A stretch of 64,000 nucleotides of DNA from Pseudovirgaria hyperparasitica (GCA_010093815.1 ML996565.1); one strand, 5' to 3'. Counted from the stretch's first letter, positions 48,283 to 62,870 are shown. The notes: generated by a model from the letters alone, not told the origin. A program made the numbers and translations.

Positions 48283-50023
48283 CTACGCTATAATCCCAAT
48301 ACGATCGAAGTCTGGCGCATATCCACTTCCGGATCCTGATATTGCAATTGTATTGACGCCTGTGGTACTAAATCCCGACAGCTCCACTGCGTAGCTTTTG
48401 TAGACGTCTGCATCCCAATTATATCCTGTCACGGGGAAGCTCACTGTCCTTGGTGTCCCTCCGTTCACGCTGATACTCGCAAGACGTTCATTATTACTTC
48501 CGCCAAGGTAGCCAATCTCACCGTTGATATAGTCAAACACAACTGCCTGAGTTGCTTGCGAAGTTCGAATATTGGACAGTGTGAGCCGTCCGTTGGCACT
48601 AGATCCCAGGTTTCCGACTTTATTCTTCGACGTACAGCCGGAGCAAGATTGAACGTTTGCACCATTCGCGAGAGAGCCTTTCGAGGCAGCAGTAAAATTG
48701 TATGTTGGCGCAGCAGTCGAAGATGTCTTGATACCAGAAAGACGCAGTGCGATCGAACCATGTGCTTTGACACTCTTACTGAAAGACGTAACACCATTTG
48801 TCGTCGTACCACTCCACAGATCCTTTGCATTCGCAGACATGATGCCCAGTAGCGAGAACGGGACACTGAGCTGGCGTGCGGCATTGCTCAAGTCAACGAC
48901 CAGCACAGCTTTATCACCGTTCGCAAGGTCCCCAATCCATACGTCGTGATCACCCGTGTATCGTTGAACAAGCGTGGTGGGCTTACCAGCGGAATCTTGA
49001 TTGATGGCTATGAGATCCTTGTTTTGCAAGACATTGAGCAGCTCAGTCGACAGGGCAGTGATATTCGTCGACACGAACAAAGCACTCTTCAGCATCGCCC
49101 ATGCGGCGAAATGACTTGCCTGCTCATCGAACGTCATCCCCGGGTTCCCAACTTCCAGCAGATCCGCATCTGCAAAGTGTCCTGGGCCGATGAGCCCAGA
49201 CTTGACTACATGGATCGCTTGATTGTATATCCGGTATACGTTTCCCCAGCCCGTTGCAATATCATCCGAAAGCCTGAACGAGGTACTGATCCCTCTCGTC
49301 CAGGAATTCGGCCCTTGCAAGCCCGTCGAGCTGGCATACGGCGTACCCCATTGACAGACCAACATACCCGGAATACCTACACGCTTTAGCTCATTCCACA
49401 TGGCCGAAAAGCGCGATACGAAGTCCGTACGGGGATCCTTCGGCGCATTCTGGTTCGCACCAGGGCCGTCGACATAGCAATTATCATCTGCAAGCAAAAT
49501 TAGCCGGGTGCATCCTTCCCCTCTGTCTTAAGCATCAAGAGCTACATTTCACATAAACCGTCCCCAGACTCTTGAAATACTCAGCATCAACGCCCTCGCT
49601 GCCCAAACTCCCAAGCACCGGACTCGGCACTCGCGTATCGCACATCCGCACCCCGGCATCGCTGTACATCGCCCACTGCATCCCTTTGGCCCTCGCCAGA
49701 TCACTCAACGCCTGCAGTCCCCGGGGAAACCTCGTCGTGTCCACCGCCAGCGCGCCGCCGCTGCTCGAATTGCGCGCCCCGTCCGAGGCCGACCATCCAC
49801 AGTCGATCTGGAAGTACGTGTATCCGGCGGCGACAAAGCCACGAGAGGACAGGGCGTTGATGGCGGATTCCATGGTGGACGAGGTGGGCGTGCAGCCGAG
49901 TTGGTTGTACGAGTTGTAGCCCATCAGCGGCGTTGCGCCGAATGTTTGGGCGGAGATTCGTGTCGCGCAGAGCACGGCAAGGGACAGCGCCGTTAGTGAT
50001 AAGGACTGTGTAAGTGACGCCAT
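48283..50023 (-). CDS. Secreted GH27 alpha-galactosidase with C-terminal CBM35-like module
   Basis: Signal peptide; TPLMGYNSYN, QIDCGW, YVK|YDNC, SFRLSDDI, DADLLEVGN and LIAINQD. The C-terminal CSGC...KVGNLG...NTIAI...APDFDRI fits a CBM35-like module. Confidence 0.92.
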
Positions 50024-50309
50024 GATGGTGATGATGGACTTGGAAGAGCCTCAGTCTGATTGCTTTCTCAAAATCTCATTGGGGACGTCTTGGGGTCGTG
50101 TTTCCAGGAGACTTGTGGTGTGTATCAAGGAAACGGCGATTTACTTTATACGTCAATCTGTACCTGGGCTGCGAAGCAAGGCAAGTGGTGAATGCATACA
50201 TGATCCAATGATCGTCATACCAGGATAACTCTTCGCATACAACGAGAGCGCATGACAATACGTAATACCCTGCTACCAAATTAGGCAGTCCATCGACGAA
50301 CCGCTCCCG

Positions 50310-50510
50310 GCGGGGCAGCACCGGGGGTGGTAGATATTAAGGACCTTATGCGCAGGTCATTGCGAAGAATTTGGCATGGATGGAGGAGGGATGGATAGCT
50401 AGCCTGGAGGCGAGTAATAGACACGCTGCCTGCGTAACCCTCAATCTGCGTCACTAGTCATGCCGCAATACGGTTTACCGGATGCTTTGGAAGAAGCTGG
50501 GTTTCCCCGC
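50310..50510. promoter_or_regulatory. Possible CreA/Cre1 (SYGGRG) carbon-catabolite repression sites upstream of the GH27 gene
   Basis: GCGGGG at 50310, CCGGGG at 50321, CTGGAG at 50404 and CCCCGC at 50505. The motif is short and can occur by chance. Confidence 0.25.
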
Positions 50511-50866
50511 CATATTATATATATGATTAATTACCCCCAAAGGCTTTCATCCATTCCCGGTGGGTGCAAGTGTTACCTTACCTAGGTATACCTAGAACTC
50601 CCACTGGGCCGTTGGGTATGGACTTCGCGAGCTTGGTTGTGCAGCGCACAAAAAGTTTAATAACAATACGAATATGAATGCTCGCATTACCTGAAACCTT
50701 TAGGACTGCTTGGTGATCGTCCACACGCTTTCACGAGTGCTTAGCATGTACAGACAAATTTAGAACACTTTACGTGCACTACGTGCCTGGGGTGAGAGGG
50801 CGAAACACAAAATCATTAATCCGAATTAGAATATTGTTTCCAAAGAATACTATCAAGGAGGTTTTT

Positions 50867-52695
50867 TCAGCGTCGCCTTCGTCTTCTGAGTTCCCAGGCC
50901 ACGGGCTCGTCCTCTTCTTGCTCCTCACTGTCCAGTCGGTCCTGTATCCACTCGTTGTGCCAATCCTCAAAGTCTGACGATACATTCTTGTCCTGAAGAA
51001 GGTCTGTCTTGTCGCCCGCTACGACGTCGCCTCCCGTGCTTTCATCCTGCAAGCCGACCTCTCCTAGCAGAAACTTGCCAAGATACATCACGGCCTCGAG
51101 GATCTCTCGGCCGGTCGGAGCTATGTTTTCTTTGGGCAGAAGGAAGCCGTAGCTACCAGTATCTCGCAACTTGATTTGGTACGCATACTTGACACGCATT
51201 TCATGGTAGAAGAAATCTAGTAAGGATCCACCTCCAGACTCTATGCGGGGGAAGAATGTCTTGTTATTCTGGTCCTTCGAGTCCTTGGTAGCAACATTGC
51301 CCTCGCAAGCTGGGATGGCATGGTACATATGGCCGTGGCCGTTGTGGGAAAGGCGGATCGCTTTTGCGAGGCCTAGCGCTAGTTCTTCTAGATCTTCGAT
51401 GGTCGGTGGTTCCGATGTGCAAGTGTAGCTGTATGGATACATGACTTGCTGGCTGTAGCTATGTAGATCCAGGAGAGTGACGAACTCGACATCATTATTC
51501 TCAGTCTCATTCTTCGCCCATTCGACGAAGCGTTGGCTCTCAACACCTTCGAGAGGCGTGGCACCAGAATATGACTCCGAGCACGGATTTCCGGCTGTTG
51601 ATTCGCCATCCCATTGATATGGGAAGGAGCGATCAAGGTCAATACCTTTACAAAATCGAAGCGAGGTTGGCTGGCGGTTCTTCCGCCAGAGTCGGTCACT
51701 CTCCCAGCTGTAGACATAACCGTCTGGATTCAATGTAGGGACGAACACCCAATCGTAGGCCTCCAGGAGTGCCTTTGTGGCTGGGTCTTTACCGTATGAA
51801 GTAATGAGACTCCACGCTACATAGTTGACCGTACTGGTACTGATCCATTCGCGAGCATGTAAACCGCCGGTAATCAGAATTGTTTTACGCTTTTGGTGTG
51901 GAATCTCTTCACCTCCCGGATGCACGCCTACACGAAGTGCTGGTATATCTCTGCCTTCATAAGAGATGCCAACATTTATGCGCCGTACGTGGGTGGGGAA
52001 CATTGAAGCCAAAAGGTTCATCCATGGTTCGATCACAGATAATGGTTGATAGGATTGAAAGAAGATGTTGTCCGTCGTAGGCGAACGTGGTCCAAGGGAA
52101 GGTGTAAAGTGAATCGTGTCGTGTGGACTCGTCGCAGAGGTCGAAGGATATGTGTCGATGATGGCAGTTGCGAGATCTAGATTATCCATTAAAGCTATAT
52201 GTTTACTTTGTAGGGACTGAGGTAGCAATCCAAGCAGCGACGGTATCTAAAGAACCTAAGTCAGCCATACACTTGTGCCTTGAGCTCTTCTGACAAACGT
52301 ACCACGTCCTTCGCAATGCGAATGTCCGCCCAAGTTTGGCCGAAGTCCCAGACATCTAGAAACAGAATATTTGATGCCTCAGCTAAGCTTTGCGCCTCTT
52401 CAGCAGAGCTTATTGAGAATCGCAAAACCACATCCTGACCGTAACTTGCCACGAGTTTTCCAGGAAGAACTTTGCTCTTATCTGTCCTATGGTTGTTTTG
52501 TATAGGTGCCTGAACCTCCGAAGCCTGCCATATTCGACCAATAATGCTGTTCGATAGCCGCCGCCACGAGCTTTGGGTCTTATAAGGAGACGAAGAATCC
52601 GTAGGGAAGGTGAAGCTTGATAAGGAAGGTAACGCTGCGACCGGTCCTGAGGCGATGAGGAGGCACCCCACAAGAGAAGAGGTAAAGAGGCGCAT
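50867..52695 (-). CDS. ECM14: M14 metallocarboxypeptidase-like Ecm14 (probable pseudopeptidase)
   Basis: Signal peptide and prodomain; [41 protein letters not shown] and [16 protein letters not shown]. One intron at about 52246-52302. Confidence 0.92.
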
Positions 52696-53840
52696 GCTAT
52701 AGCTCTGAACTGTCGCCAAGTAGAGAGTTGGTACTTCTGTTCAACCAAGCATGCTCATACGATGTGGCGAGCGATTGCACGGTCAGGACAAGTTGACGCG
52801 CATAAGGACAATTGAGGTTGTTGAGGATAGATTGGTGATGTGGAGGAAGCCTAGCGGGGGGAAGGCGGAGATAAAAAATGCGCCCAGTGCTGCCCGTCGA
52901 GAAGAGGAGGTGGAGACGCGCAAACTAAGACTAACTAACCTTAGGCATCAACAGCTCAGACACTAATTAATTGAAGCACCACTGATCAAGGCATCAATTC
53001 AGGCACTCGTGAGGCACCAACCAAGTCACCCAAAACATGGATGGCCACTTTAGCCCGCTAATAAAAGGACAACGTGGTCAGGAATTATTAGATTTCTTCG
53101 CAATCTGGTTCGACCAAAACGGCCCTATTGCCTTAATTTGCCTCAAGACCATCCATTACATGGTATGATGGATATACATGTATATAGAAATACGCTACCG
53201 TGAGACAGCCTTTGTCTACGACTTGACAAGGTTCTGGTTCAGACGCCACGGTTCGTCATGTATCATTAACTACTCCCAAGGATTATCGCATTAAGTTTTG
53301 CTTCTTCCTGTATTCGCTGAGTCGTGGCACACAGCCATACCTTGCCTGGCTAGGCTTGTGTGGATAGGGATAGGGATACATAATTATTACTTGGGCTACG
53401 CCGCGACGGCTTCGGGCTACCTCCTGCTAGAGCTGAGCGTTCGGGTCAGGAGCACCTCCGCTGCAAAGTTTCAATTACCATTCAATCGTCTTGCTGCTCG
53501 ACGTGTTCTTCATTAATATCACCCCCAGACGACACTCGCTTCTCCTCCATTGCGTCCACATTCTACGTCGCTACTTGTTCGTTTATCGACCCCTCAGCTC
53601 TTGTCTCTATTGCGTCGCGGGTCCCGCCGAACCACTGCTCGCTCTCCACATCAGCCCTACTAGCCCTTCCTTCACACGACACCGCACGACACGTACGATC
53701 AGGAACGTCTCTCTGTACCGCCCTTGACCGCTTCTGCTACTCGTACGCGCTCCATCGCATCATTAGAAAGTTGTGGAACATGTCTGGAATATCGCGCGCG
53801 CACATACTCTAGATGATCTGCCCATACCCATCACACTGCA

Positions 53841-56800
53841 ATGCCTCTCAAGGGCCTCAAGACGAATCGGAGCGACAGAGAACCCAACCGACGAAGCACT
53901 GTAAACCTTTCCAGGAGTAATGAATTGGTCGCTGACGGTTCCAATTTTGATCGTGCTGCCTCGACGGACGACAGATACCTCGATGCAGAGGATGTGCCTC
54001 GTTGGTCCATCTCACAGGACGAAAGACCACCATCTCCTCCAATCCAACAGTCCACGCCCAAGACCCAGAGATTTAGTATGCTCCGGTTCAGACATGCCTC
54101 GGACTCACAATTGTCTATAAAGGCAAAAGAGCAGGCTAAAGGCACGCCACCGGTGCCATCCATACCACCAGGTATTTCTTTCGCGACATCTCATGGTTTG
54201 ACACCTGCTAACGTAATGCTTGCCTCATAGCCCCTCAAATAATCACTACAGCCCCAACTGTCGAAGAAAGCATGGAGGAAAAGGCGCCGAAGAAAAGAGG
54301 TAGATTTGCCAACATGGCTCGAAGGCGGTTGTCATTTGATCCCGACTCTGTCGAACGGCCACATGGCGTCACTCGAAAATCTATGGACAAACTGCGCATA
54401 AGTACGGACAATCGAAGAAGTGTGTTTGGAAGTCTGCGCGGCGCGAACAGTTCCAAGATCAGCTTAGATGATCGCATCAAACCGACTGCAGGAAACTCGA
54501 AGTCGAGCGCTCTGGGCCAACACAAAGGTCATGTTACTACGCTTGCACCTCCTGCTCGCATTTCCGATTCATCACGCTCAGATGGAAGCTCGGGCTCCGC
54601 AGAACACATCACCTTCGCTGAACCATCACGGCAGCAACCTCAACACTCTTCCCTATTCAAGTTCCAGCGGAAAAATAAACCTCGCCCATCCCTATTCCCT
54701 CTACCTGTCAAGATACCTCCTCCGCAGTTTCCTGATACAGCTCCTGCAACCCCTCGTGCCTCCACTGGGGGAATAAGCTCTGGCTCACCCAATCGTTCTC
54801 CCGGCGAGGAAAGTCCTCCTCTCACTGCGATACACCGAGCGTCCAATGGAGACAACACCATTCGACAGAACCAATCATCCCCATCACGAACTGCCTTCGG
54901 CCGAAATCCACTCTTCCGTAACGATTCCACTCATTCCGCTCGCTCCGCTCGTTCATCCCCTGTTGCGCCTATGAGACTTGGCAGAAGAGGTCGGTCATCA
55001 ACAGTCAATTCTTTGGGCGGAAGGTCGGATGACATCCCTCCCCCGACCCCACCATTCGTCAACAGTGGTCGTAACTCAACTTCTACCGCTGGTCGAAGCA
55101 GTCTCAGCACTCTTTTCGGTATTGGACATCGAATACGACACAATTCGGAACCACACTCGCCGAACCATAGCGGTGGTACTCCAGGAATAAATTCCCATAC
55201 AAACTCGTTCAACATAAGTCGGGAGGCCTTGGTGGTACCCAAAAGAGAAGAGGGCGAGCCACCGGGCAGGTACCTGGAAAGGCTACAAGAATGCGTCGAT
55301 CGAAGTCTGATTGCCAGTATCATGTCCAAAACCGACGACGCGTTTTCTCATGCCGTCCTGCGAAGTTACATGAGAAAGTTTCTTTTCTTTGGCGAACCGT
55401 TGGATATGTCGGTCAGAAAACTGTTACTGGAAGTGGAACTGCCAAAAGAAACCCAACAAATCGACAGGGTACTACAGAGTTTTGCAGATCGCTATCACGA
55501 ATGCAACCCTGGAGTTTTCAAAGACCCAGATCAGACATATTTTATCACATTCTCAATCGTCATATTACACACGGACGTCTTCAACAAAAACAACAAACGA
55601 AAAATGCAGAAGGCAGACTATGTGAAGAATGCTGCTCAAGAAGGAGTCGCTGAAGAAGTCCTGGCGTGCTTCTATGATAATATTCTCTACACCCCGTTTA
55701 TACACTTTGAAGATGGCGTCGACTTCCGCGAGAGTACCAAGAAGTCGAAACGGGCTGCCGCGCTCCTCAAGACTCCCATTAATGACCCAGCCAGAAAAGC
55801 GATCAAAGAACCGATCGACCCGTACACGCTCATCATGGATTCGAAGGTCGAAATACTACGACCAGCGATCAAAGATGTCGTGCACCCAGTTGACCCTTAC
55901 AATTATTCCGGAACAGCGCAGGATCTTGACGTGAAGCGTCTTCATTCATCATTTGCAAGATATGGTGTCATCCAAATTGTTTCTGCGAGATCGCGACCGG
56001 AAGCTTTCATGCATGAGTCCACTATCGATAGGCCGGAAGAAGCCCAAGTGGGAGTCGTCGAGATGCACGTCACGAAAGTTGGCATCTTATTACGAAAGGA
56101 TGTGAAGCGAAAGGCGACAAGGTCTCCCTGGCATGAATGGTCCGCTATTCTGACAAGGTCAGGTCTCTCATTCTTCAAGAATGCAGCTTGGGCAAAGGAA
56201 CTCATGCACCAATACGAAGCTCATCAGAAGCATGGGTCTGGTACCCCTGTCGTGTTCAAGCCCGCTGTCTCGGATTTCAAGCCTGACCATGTTATACCCA
56301 TGGATGGATCCGTAGCTCTACAGGATATGAGCTACAAGAACCACAAGCATGCTTTCGCGGTCTTTGCGAAGAGCGGGTTTGAAGAGATGTTCCGAGCTGA
56401 AAGCGAGGCTGAAATGAACGATTGGCTTGGCAAGATCAATTACACAGCTACCTTTGAAACCTCCACAGTCAGGCCGCGCGGTCTCATTGGCGGCAGCTAC
56501 GAAGGTCAGAGGAGCCGGGGTATACGTCGACTCGACTCCACTGCTTCGACACACACAGTACAAACATCGACCGGAGATGTTACAATTCAAAGTGGCAAGA
56601 TAGATTCTAAGCTCGCGACACAGATCATGACGGCGAGAAGGGATACGATGCAAAGGAAAATTGCCGAGGCGGAAGAAGCTCTTCAAGTATATGTGCAACA
56701 GCTGAATGCCCAAGAGCGGGATGCACGACACCTCCTCTTACTAACACCAATTCAGCCGAAGACGCGAGAGCAGATAGTGCATACGGCGGGTAGGATGTCG

Positions 56801-58105
56801 GCCAAAATGAAATGGGTCAGGGTGGAGATCTGGCGCTTGAAGTGTCATCGAGACATACTTCTCATGGATCTTGAAGAGGAAAGAAAGCAAGCCAAAGAGA
56901 CGGAAGCCAGAATTCAGGAAATTGCCAGTACCACATCGCCAAAAACGAAAACATCAAGGAAGGGGGCGCTTGCAAAGCTCGGCTCGAAAGCTAGCTCTAA
57001 TGCCAGTATGCATAAGACCCCTCACTCACCCACAGCCTCTGCAAGACCCGGCACTAAGTCTTCGAGAGACGATGATCCTATGTTGAGCGATGATGTATTC
57101 AAGACGCCTCCTCTGCACTCACAGCAATCAAGTCCCGGTGCTGCACCGGGTACTTGGGAGCTACCCCCTCTTTCCTTCAGTCCAAAGCTTGGCCCCCGGA
57201 TGGAACATCGCGGCTCTATCCCGAGCAGCGTGGGTCAGTCTTCATTGCAAGAAAGTGTTCATCGCCATGGCTCTGTTTCAACTCTCGGCGAACAGCCACC
57301 TAATGGTAGTACGCCTGATATTCCGTCGCGATATGCAACACCAGATGAAGAGAAGCGTGATCAAGCCACTACTGGCGCAGAGAACAGACCCGGATCCGCA
57401 AGCGAGTCGGAACCGGAGCGGCCAATGACCCAACCAGGGAGCCCCGAATCACGTTCCAAAGTGCGCCGCAGTCTTCAGCGCACCTTACGCGATTCTGGCA
57501 GTGGACATCGTAGATCCGGCAAAGGCAAGGAGTCTTCTTCCACAGTTGTCACGGATGATGGCGCGGTTAGCGAAAGTCTGTCGCGAGCCAAGGGCAGCTT
57601 CACTGTCCACGGAAAGAAGGCATCTGTCATCACCTTCGGATCCGAGTGGCAAAGCATGCCAGCAGAGGATCGTCTAAAGATTCGTAAACAAGCTCAAGAG
57701 GAAGAGCGAAGGCCCTCGACGGCAGTCTTCGATCAGGACGAATCCGAAGACTCGAGACCTCTACCTAATGCGCGACTGAGGACCAAATCATCTACGGCCA
57801 CGAATAGGAGCGCAGCAATCAAAAGAAGTCTGAGTCAGGAGATATCAAATGGTGCCAATGGCGGAGGAGAGGCAAGCGGGCAGATCTCCCTCAGGCAACG
57901 ATCTGCCTCCCAAATAAGCAATCTCACGATACCCGTGACGGTTCGGGATGTGGGTACGGAGAGGCCGGGGGAAGCTTCACCGCCGGATGAAAAATACAGG
58001 AGTGGTAAGCAGTCATCAGACGTTCGAGACTCTACGGAGCACATCAGCGATATAGAGACTGCTGGACCTGTGGAGACTGTGAAAGCTCAGACTGTGATGA
58101 TCTGA
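53841..58105 (+). CDS. SYT1: Sec7-domain plus PH-domain Arf guanine-nucleotide exchange factor (Syt1-like)
   Basis: PLDMSVRKLLLEVELPKETQQIDRVLQSFADRYHECNP...ILHTDVFNKNNKRKM is a Sec7 domain. KVGILLRKD...WHEWSAILT...AESEAEMNDWLGKINY is a PH domain. Intron 54172-54230. Confidence 0.88.
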
Positions 58106-59803
58106 GAGGCAACTCTCGGAACAGACATATGCTGACGCAAAGTTATGATCTAGCACGCACGAAGCGACATAGCCGATCTCGTTTGTTTAATATCATATGT
58201 TTTCCATGTCGAGCGCGACTCCGTCAATACGCGTAGAGCGACGTTGTCATTGTAAAAAGGGATGGCTACAGTGAGCGAAGACAGATATTTGGAGTGGATA
58301 TGATGGCCTCCGAAAAAGCAAGCAACGCCTAGGGTTTCTTTTTTTTCACTTCTTCTGGGATGGTTTATGGTGTCAAGGGCATTGAAGACGGTTTCGTGAT
58401 GGGTACAGGTACAGAGCCATTCGAAAGCGATGCAATAGGATGGGTGTTGGTATGATTTGTATATAGAGGTTGGCTTCGCATCGTCAGACGAAGCCGTACA
58501 CAACAGCGTGTCAATTCAAGCAGAGCTTGCGAGCTTCATGAGCATTCAACTACCGCAGTAGCACGTTTTTTGAAGCACTCGGCTGTTTTCTGAATATGTT
58601 CTCTTTTCATTGTGAATAGTTGGATAGCTGATTGAGATAGATCCATCGATGGATGAGTATTGCATGGATGCTATTTGCATACTAAGTAGACACTTTCAGG
58701 GGCACGCGTGTCCGGACGGCGGCAATGATCAATCGCTGTACAATAGCCGAAATCGCACAAGTTCACGGAGTACCGAACCCCGCGTTGTAGCCTCAAGATT
58801 CAGGAACGCAAGCATCGAGGCAACGACGTTTGGATGTGTGTCGTTCATTAGATGAACACACACACTCTCTCTCTTATTCATCACTCAACTGATACACTTT
58901 CCCCCCGTCTGCAACCACCATCGTGGCTCCAAGGTCCCGAACAACATACCTAGCTCTAGTCAATCAAGGATAGGTCATAGAGTCTCCAGCCATCAAGCCC
59001 AGCTCCCAGTGTGCTCCGACTGTCGCCGAAGTCGCGAACACGGGGACACGCGCTTGTCTCAAGACTCGAGACATGTGAAGATCAGTCACCTGAACACGAA
59101 ACATGAACATGATGAGCCCTTGCACAGACGAGAGCTTCTTCAACCATGGTTCGTCATTGGGGTGAACTGAATCGCGTGCTGATGACGTTCAGGGTCTTCT
59201 CTGCCATTTCATGTGCCAGTTCGTCCTTGAGCCATCACCATCAGCGATATGCAATATTCGTGACGTGTAGGAACGACAAGCTGGGCTGTATCGCCCTTTA
59301 CAATAACAAAGATGCTCCTCAACGGTCCAATGCTTTGAGCAATCGCTCGGCTATGTTGATCCTCCCGTCAAAGTATGGGGTTATGGATGTCCTCAGCGTG
59401 CTCGGTCTGGATGCAGGCGCCCTCTCACTGGTCCTCGGCTACTGGAGCTTGGTCGGCCCAAAGTAGCTTCGAAGAGCTTCATCCCAGCGATCTTGTGCCT
59501 TTGGGCTGTCGAATGCCGAGTCTTTTTATTTTATGTCTCAATTGTCCTTCTTCCTTCTTGCCTTGACTCAGACTTCCTCTCCAATACTTTTGGATTCTTT
59601 GCGCCGTGCATTGCGCATATCGTTACAGCTACTGTAACGTCGAAACATACTGCCGAAAGCGTAACCCCATCAGCCGAAAGCGCCCATATCTGCTCAACAA
59701 TAGGGTTCACCCATACAGCCGATTACCGTTGTTATCCTCTTCTATCGTATTTAGAGAGGACTATTACTATAAGTCTGCATCTTAAAAATACAGTTATTTA
59801 AAC

Positions 59804-61128
59804 ATGTCGGCGAAGAGTGTATCAGGGCCTCGTGGAAAGCCTGCCTCGGCAGCTACCAATCTTATTGGTACATGGAGCACTGCTCTTGAGGTTGAATTTA
59901 TGGCTAATCAGAACTATAGCTGGTGGTGGTGCTGGTATGATGGAAGCCCTCATATGTCATCCCCTCGGTCAGTCGTCAATTAGTGCTACGGACTTAGAGG
60001 CAATACTGATGAGTCCGTAGACACAATAAAAGTCCGTATGCAATTGTCGAGACGAGCACGGCAACCAGGTGTATGTACCATCATCATAGATCCTCAGATC
60101 TGTCACGACTCTCAATTTGCGCAACAGCCCTGACGAAGCATGCCTAGGCCAAGAAACGAGGCTTTCTTACCACAGGTGTAGAGATCGTGAAGAAGGAAAC
60201 ACCTTTGGGTCTCTACAAAGGATTGGGGGCTGTTGTCACTGGTATAGTACCTAAGATGGCGATCCGTTTTACTTCGTACGATTGGTACAAGCAGGCTCTC
60301 GCGAACAAGGAGGGAAAGATCACTAGCCAAAGGACGTTTCTTGGTAAGGACATGCTTATAGACTCCCTTTTGTGGTCCAATTTCGCCGACTGACTACTTT
60401 CATAGCTGGTCTTGCAGCTGGTGTGACTGAGGCCGTGGTGGTGGTGACTCCTATGGAGGTCGTCAAGATTCGTCTGCAATCGCAGCATCACTCGATGGCG
60501 GATCCCCTGGATGTTCCCAAATACCGAAATGCGGCCCATTGCCTGTATACTGTCATCAAGGAAGAGGGCCCAGGCGCTCTATGGCGCGGTGTGTCCTTGA
60601 CAGCATTAAGACAGGGCACCAATCAAGCAGGTACGCTACGGGATTTTCAGGAGGTCGTCAAGTTTGACGAGGCTGACATCCTTTCCCCTAGCAAATTTCA
60701 CAGCATACACCGAAATCCGCTCGTTTCTACAGCAGTACCACAACACAACAGATCTTCCAGGCTGGGAAACAGCGATCGTTGGTCTGATATCTGGGGCTTG
60801 TGGTCCTTTTAGTAACGCGCCAATCGACACGATCAAGACTCGCCTTCAGAGAAGCCCTGCGCAACCTGGCGTATCGGCAGTACAACGCATTGTGAGCATT
60901 GCAAGGTAAGTCAGATATTCTATACAAGCACAGAATGGTACATCCGAGCTAACTTATACCAGTGATATGTGGAAACAAGAAGGCGCCAAGGCATTCTATA
61001 AAGGTATTACGCCTCGTGTCATGCGTGTAGCACCTGGTCAGGCCGTCACATTCACCGTATACGAATACCTTAAGAATCTTCTGGAAAATGGGCGGGATAT
61101 GTTGCCTGGCGGTCAATATGAAGAGTAG
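59804..61128 (+). CDS. SFC1: Mitochondrial succinate-fumarate carrier (AcuL/Acr1)
   Basis: NLI|AGGGAGMMEALICHPL|DTIKVRMQLS, TPMEVVKIRLQSQHHSMADPLDVPKYRNAAH, APIDTIKTRLQ and FYKGITPRVMRVAPGQAVTFTVYE give three carrier repeats. Confidence 0.93.
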
Positions 61129-61729
61129 AGCTGGGGCGTGATGGGAAATGTAGCTCGGCTTGTGCAAGCACCTGGTATAGAGGGTTTGTTGCTATCCATA
61201 TCGTATCATTTTGTGCGATCGTATTGGTGTCTTGTCTGTTGTTGTTGCGTCGAACCACATGTGAATCTCGAGCAGGCGATCATGATTTACAGGCTCCGAT
61301 TGACATAGACCGCATTCTGTACATAAGACGGGCGTAAGTGATTAGCTTCAAACTTGAATTTGACATTCGACATCGCAAGCCGCGGCAACCTTGGCGGGGC
61401 TCTTACTGTTCACAGCCACCGCCACACCCCCACCATTGGATGGATTAGTTGCCCCACGTAGCCAAGGTACTACAGTATACGAGCAGAGTAATACGGCCAT
61501 TGAGCTGCTTTCCTCAGCATTCAATGTTGAATAACTTTGCATTCATGTTCCCGACACAAACACTCTGAAACCAATTGAATTTCTCCCTGGTCATACTCAG
61601 GAACAACACGACCCGTATTGGATGCCCTCCTGACCTCCTCAATTGATACTCAGCCGCTCAAACTCCTCTCCCTCTCCCTCAAACCCCTCCTTCAATCCTC
61701 TGGCCGCGCTGTGAAGACCGCAACACATC

Positions 61730-62870
61730 ATGCAATCCGGAATATCAGGTCCGCATTTCCCTGTCCCTGAGCTCGGTCATACGGGACTGACACTTCTCAG
61801 CCTCTGCAGAGCTCACAGCCGCCTTCCAAAACCTTCTCTCCTCTCCCTCGCAGCGTGGTCTACTTATTAGCATCGAATCCGAGCGCCTCGTTCCCTCGTC
61901 CACACTCCCAGGCACCTCATCCTTTTACGCCGATCTGTCTGCTCTCTCCACGCAGCTCAAGCCCGACGCCGCCCGCTATATCATCCTGCGCCGCCCTGAC
62001 TCCCTCTCCGCAACGTCCCAGCCCGGCGAACTAGTATTGGTCACCTACATCCCGCTCCCTGCACCCGTACGCCAGAAGACACTCTTCGCGAGCACGAGAT
62101 TGAGCTTACCGCGAGAACTGGGTAGCGAGCATTTCGGTGAGCATGTGTGGGTCGAACGCGCAGATGAAGTCACGGAGGAAGGATGGAGAAAGCATGAGAA
62201 GCATGTACAGCTGGACCAGCCCTTGACGCAGGAAGAAAGGGACTTGGTTGGGATCAAGGAGGCCGAGGCGAAGGAGAGCGGGGGGACGGGGAGCAGACGG
62301 GGCCATACGGGGGGCACTCTGGACATACGTGTGGGTGACCGGGTGGTGGATACCTTGAGGGACCTTAAGAACGGCGGGCCGAATCTAGTGCAACTGGTAA
62401 GTTGCCTCTGAGTGTTCAGATGGGAATGCTGACGGTGGAATAGAAGTTTGATATCCCGACGGAGACGGTTGTGTTGGATTCGACAAAAAGTGCAACTCCG
62501 GCCTCACTTTCAAATGATATCTCGTCAACGGAACCTCGATATTCGTTTTACAGGCATACGAATGATGCGATTCTCTTCATATACACCTGTCCTACAACGT
62601 CAAAAATCAAGGAACGCATGATCTATGCTACCTCGGAGCGAAGTGTGCGTGGACTCGCCACCTCTGAGGCAGGAATCGAAATTGCAAAGAAGGCAAGTAC
62701 CAACCTGACTCATTAGTACGGCTAGTATGAGACAGGCACTAACGATGCGATAGCTCGAGGCCTCCAATCCAGCAGACGTGACCGCCCAAAGCATTGAGGA
62801 CGAATTTAAGGAAACCATCGTTGAGACGAAACAGGCATTCTCAAAGCCTAAAAGACCTGGTCGTCGCTAG
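61730..62870 (+). CDS. TWF1: Twinfilin (actin-monomer-binding, two ADF-H domains)
   Basis: MQSGIS|ASAEL..., VTYIPLPAPVRQKTLFASTR, EPRYSFY, FIYTCP..SKIKERMIYA and C-terminal FSKPKRPGRR*. Confidence 0.93.

Noticed and set aside
50572..50594. Palindrome CTAGGTATACCTAG and TACCTAGGTA motifs (also near 22984 and 30632)
   Set aside because: Short simple motifs, not paired as terminal inverted repeats, with no transposase or target-site duplication.
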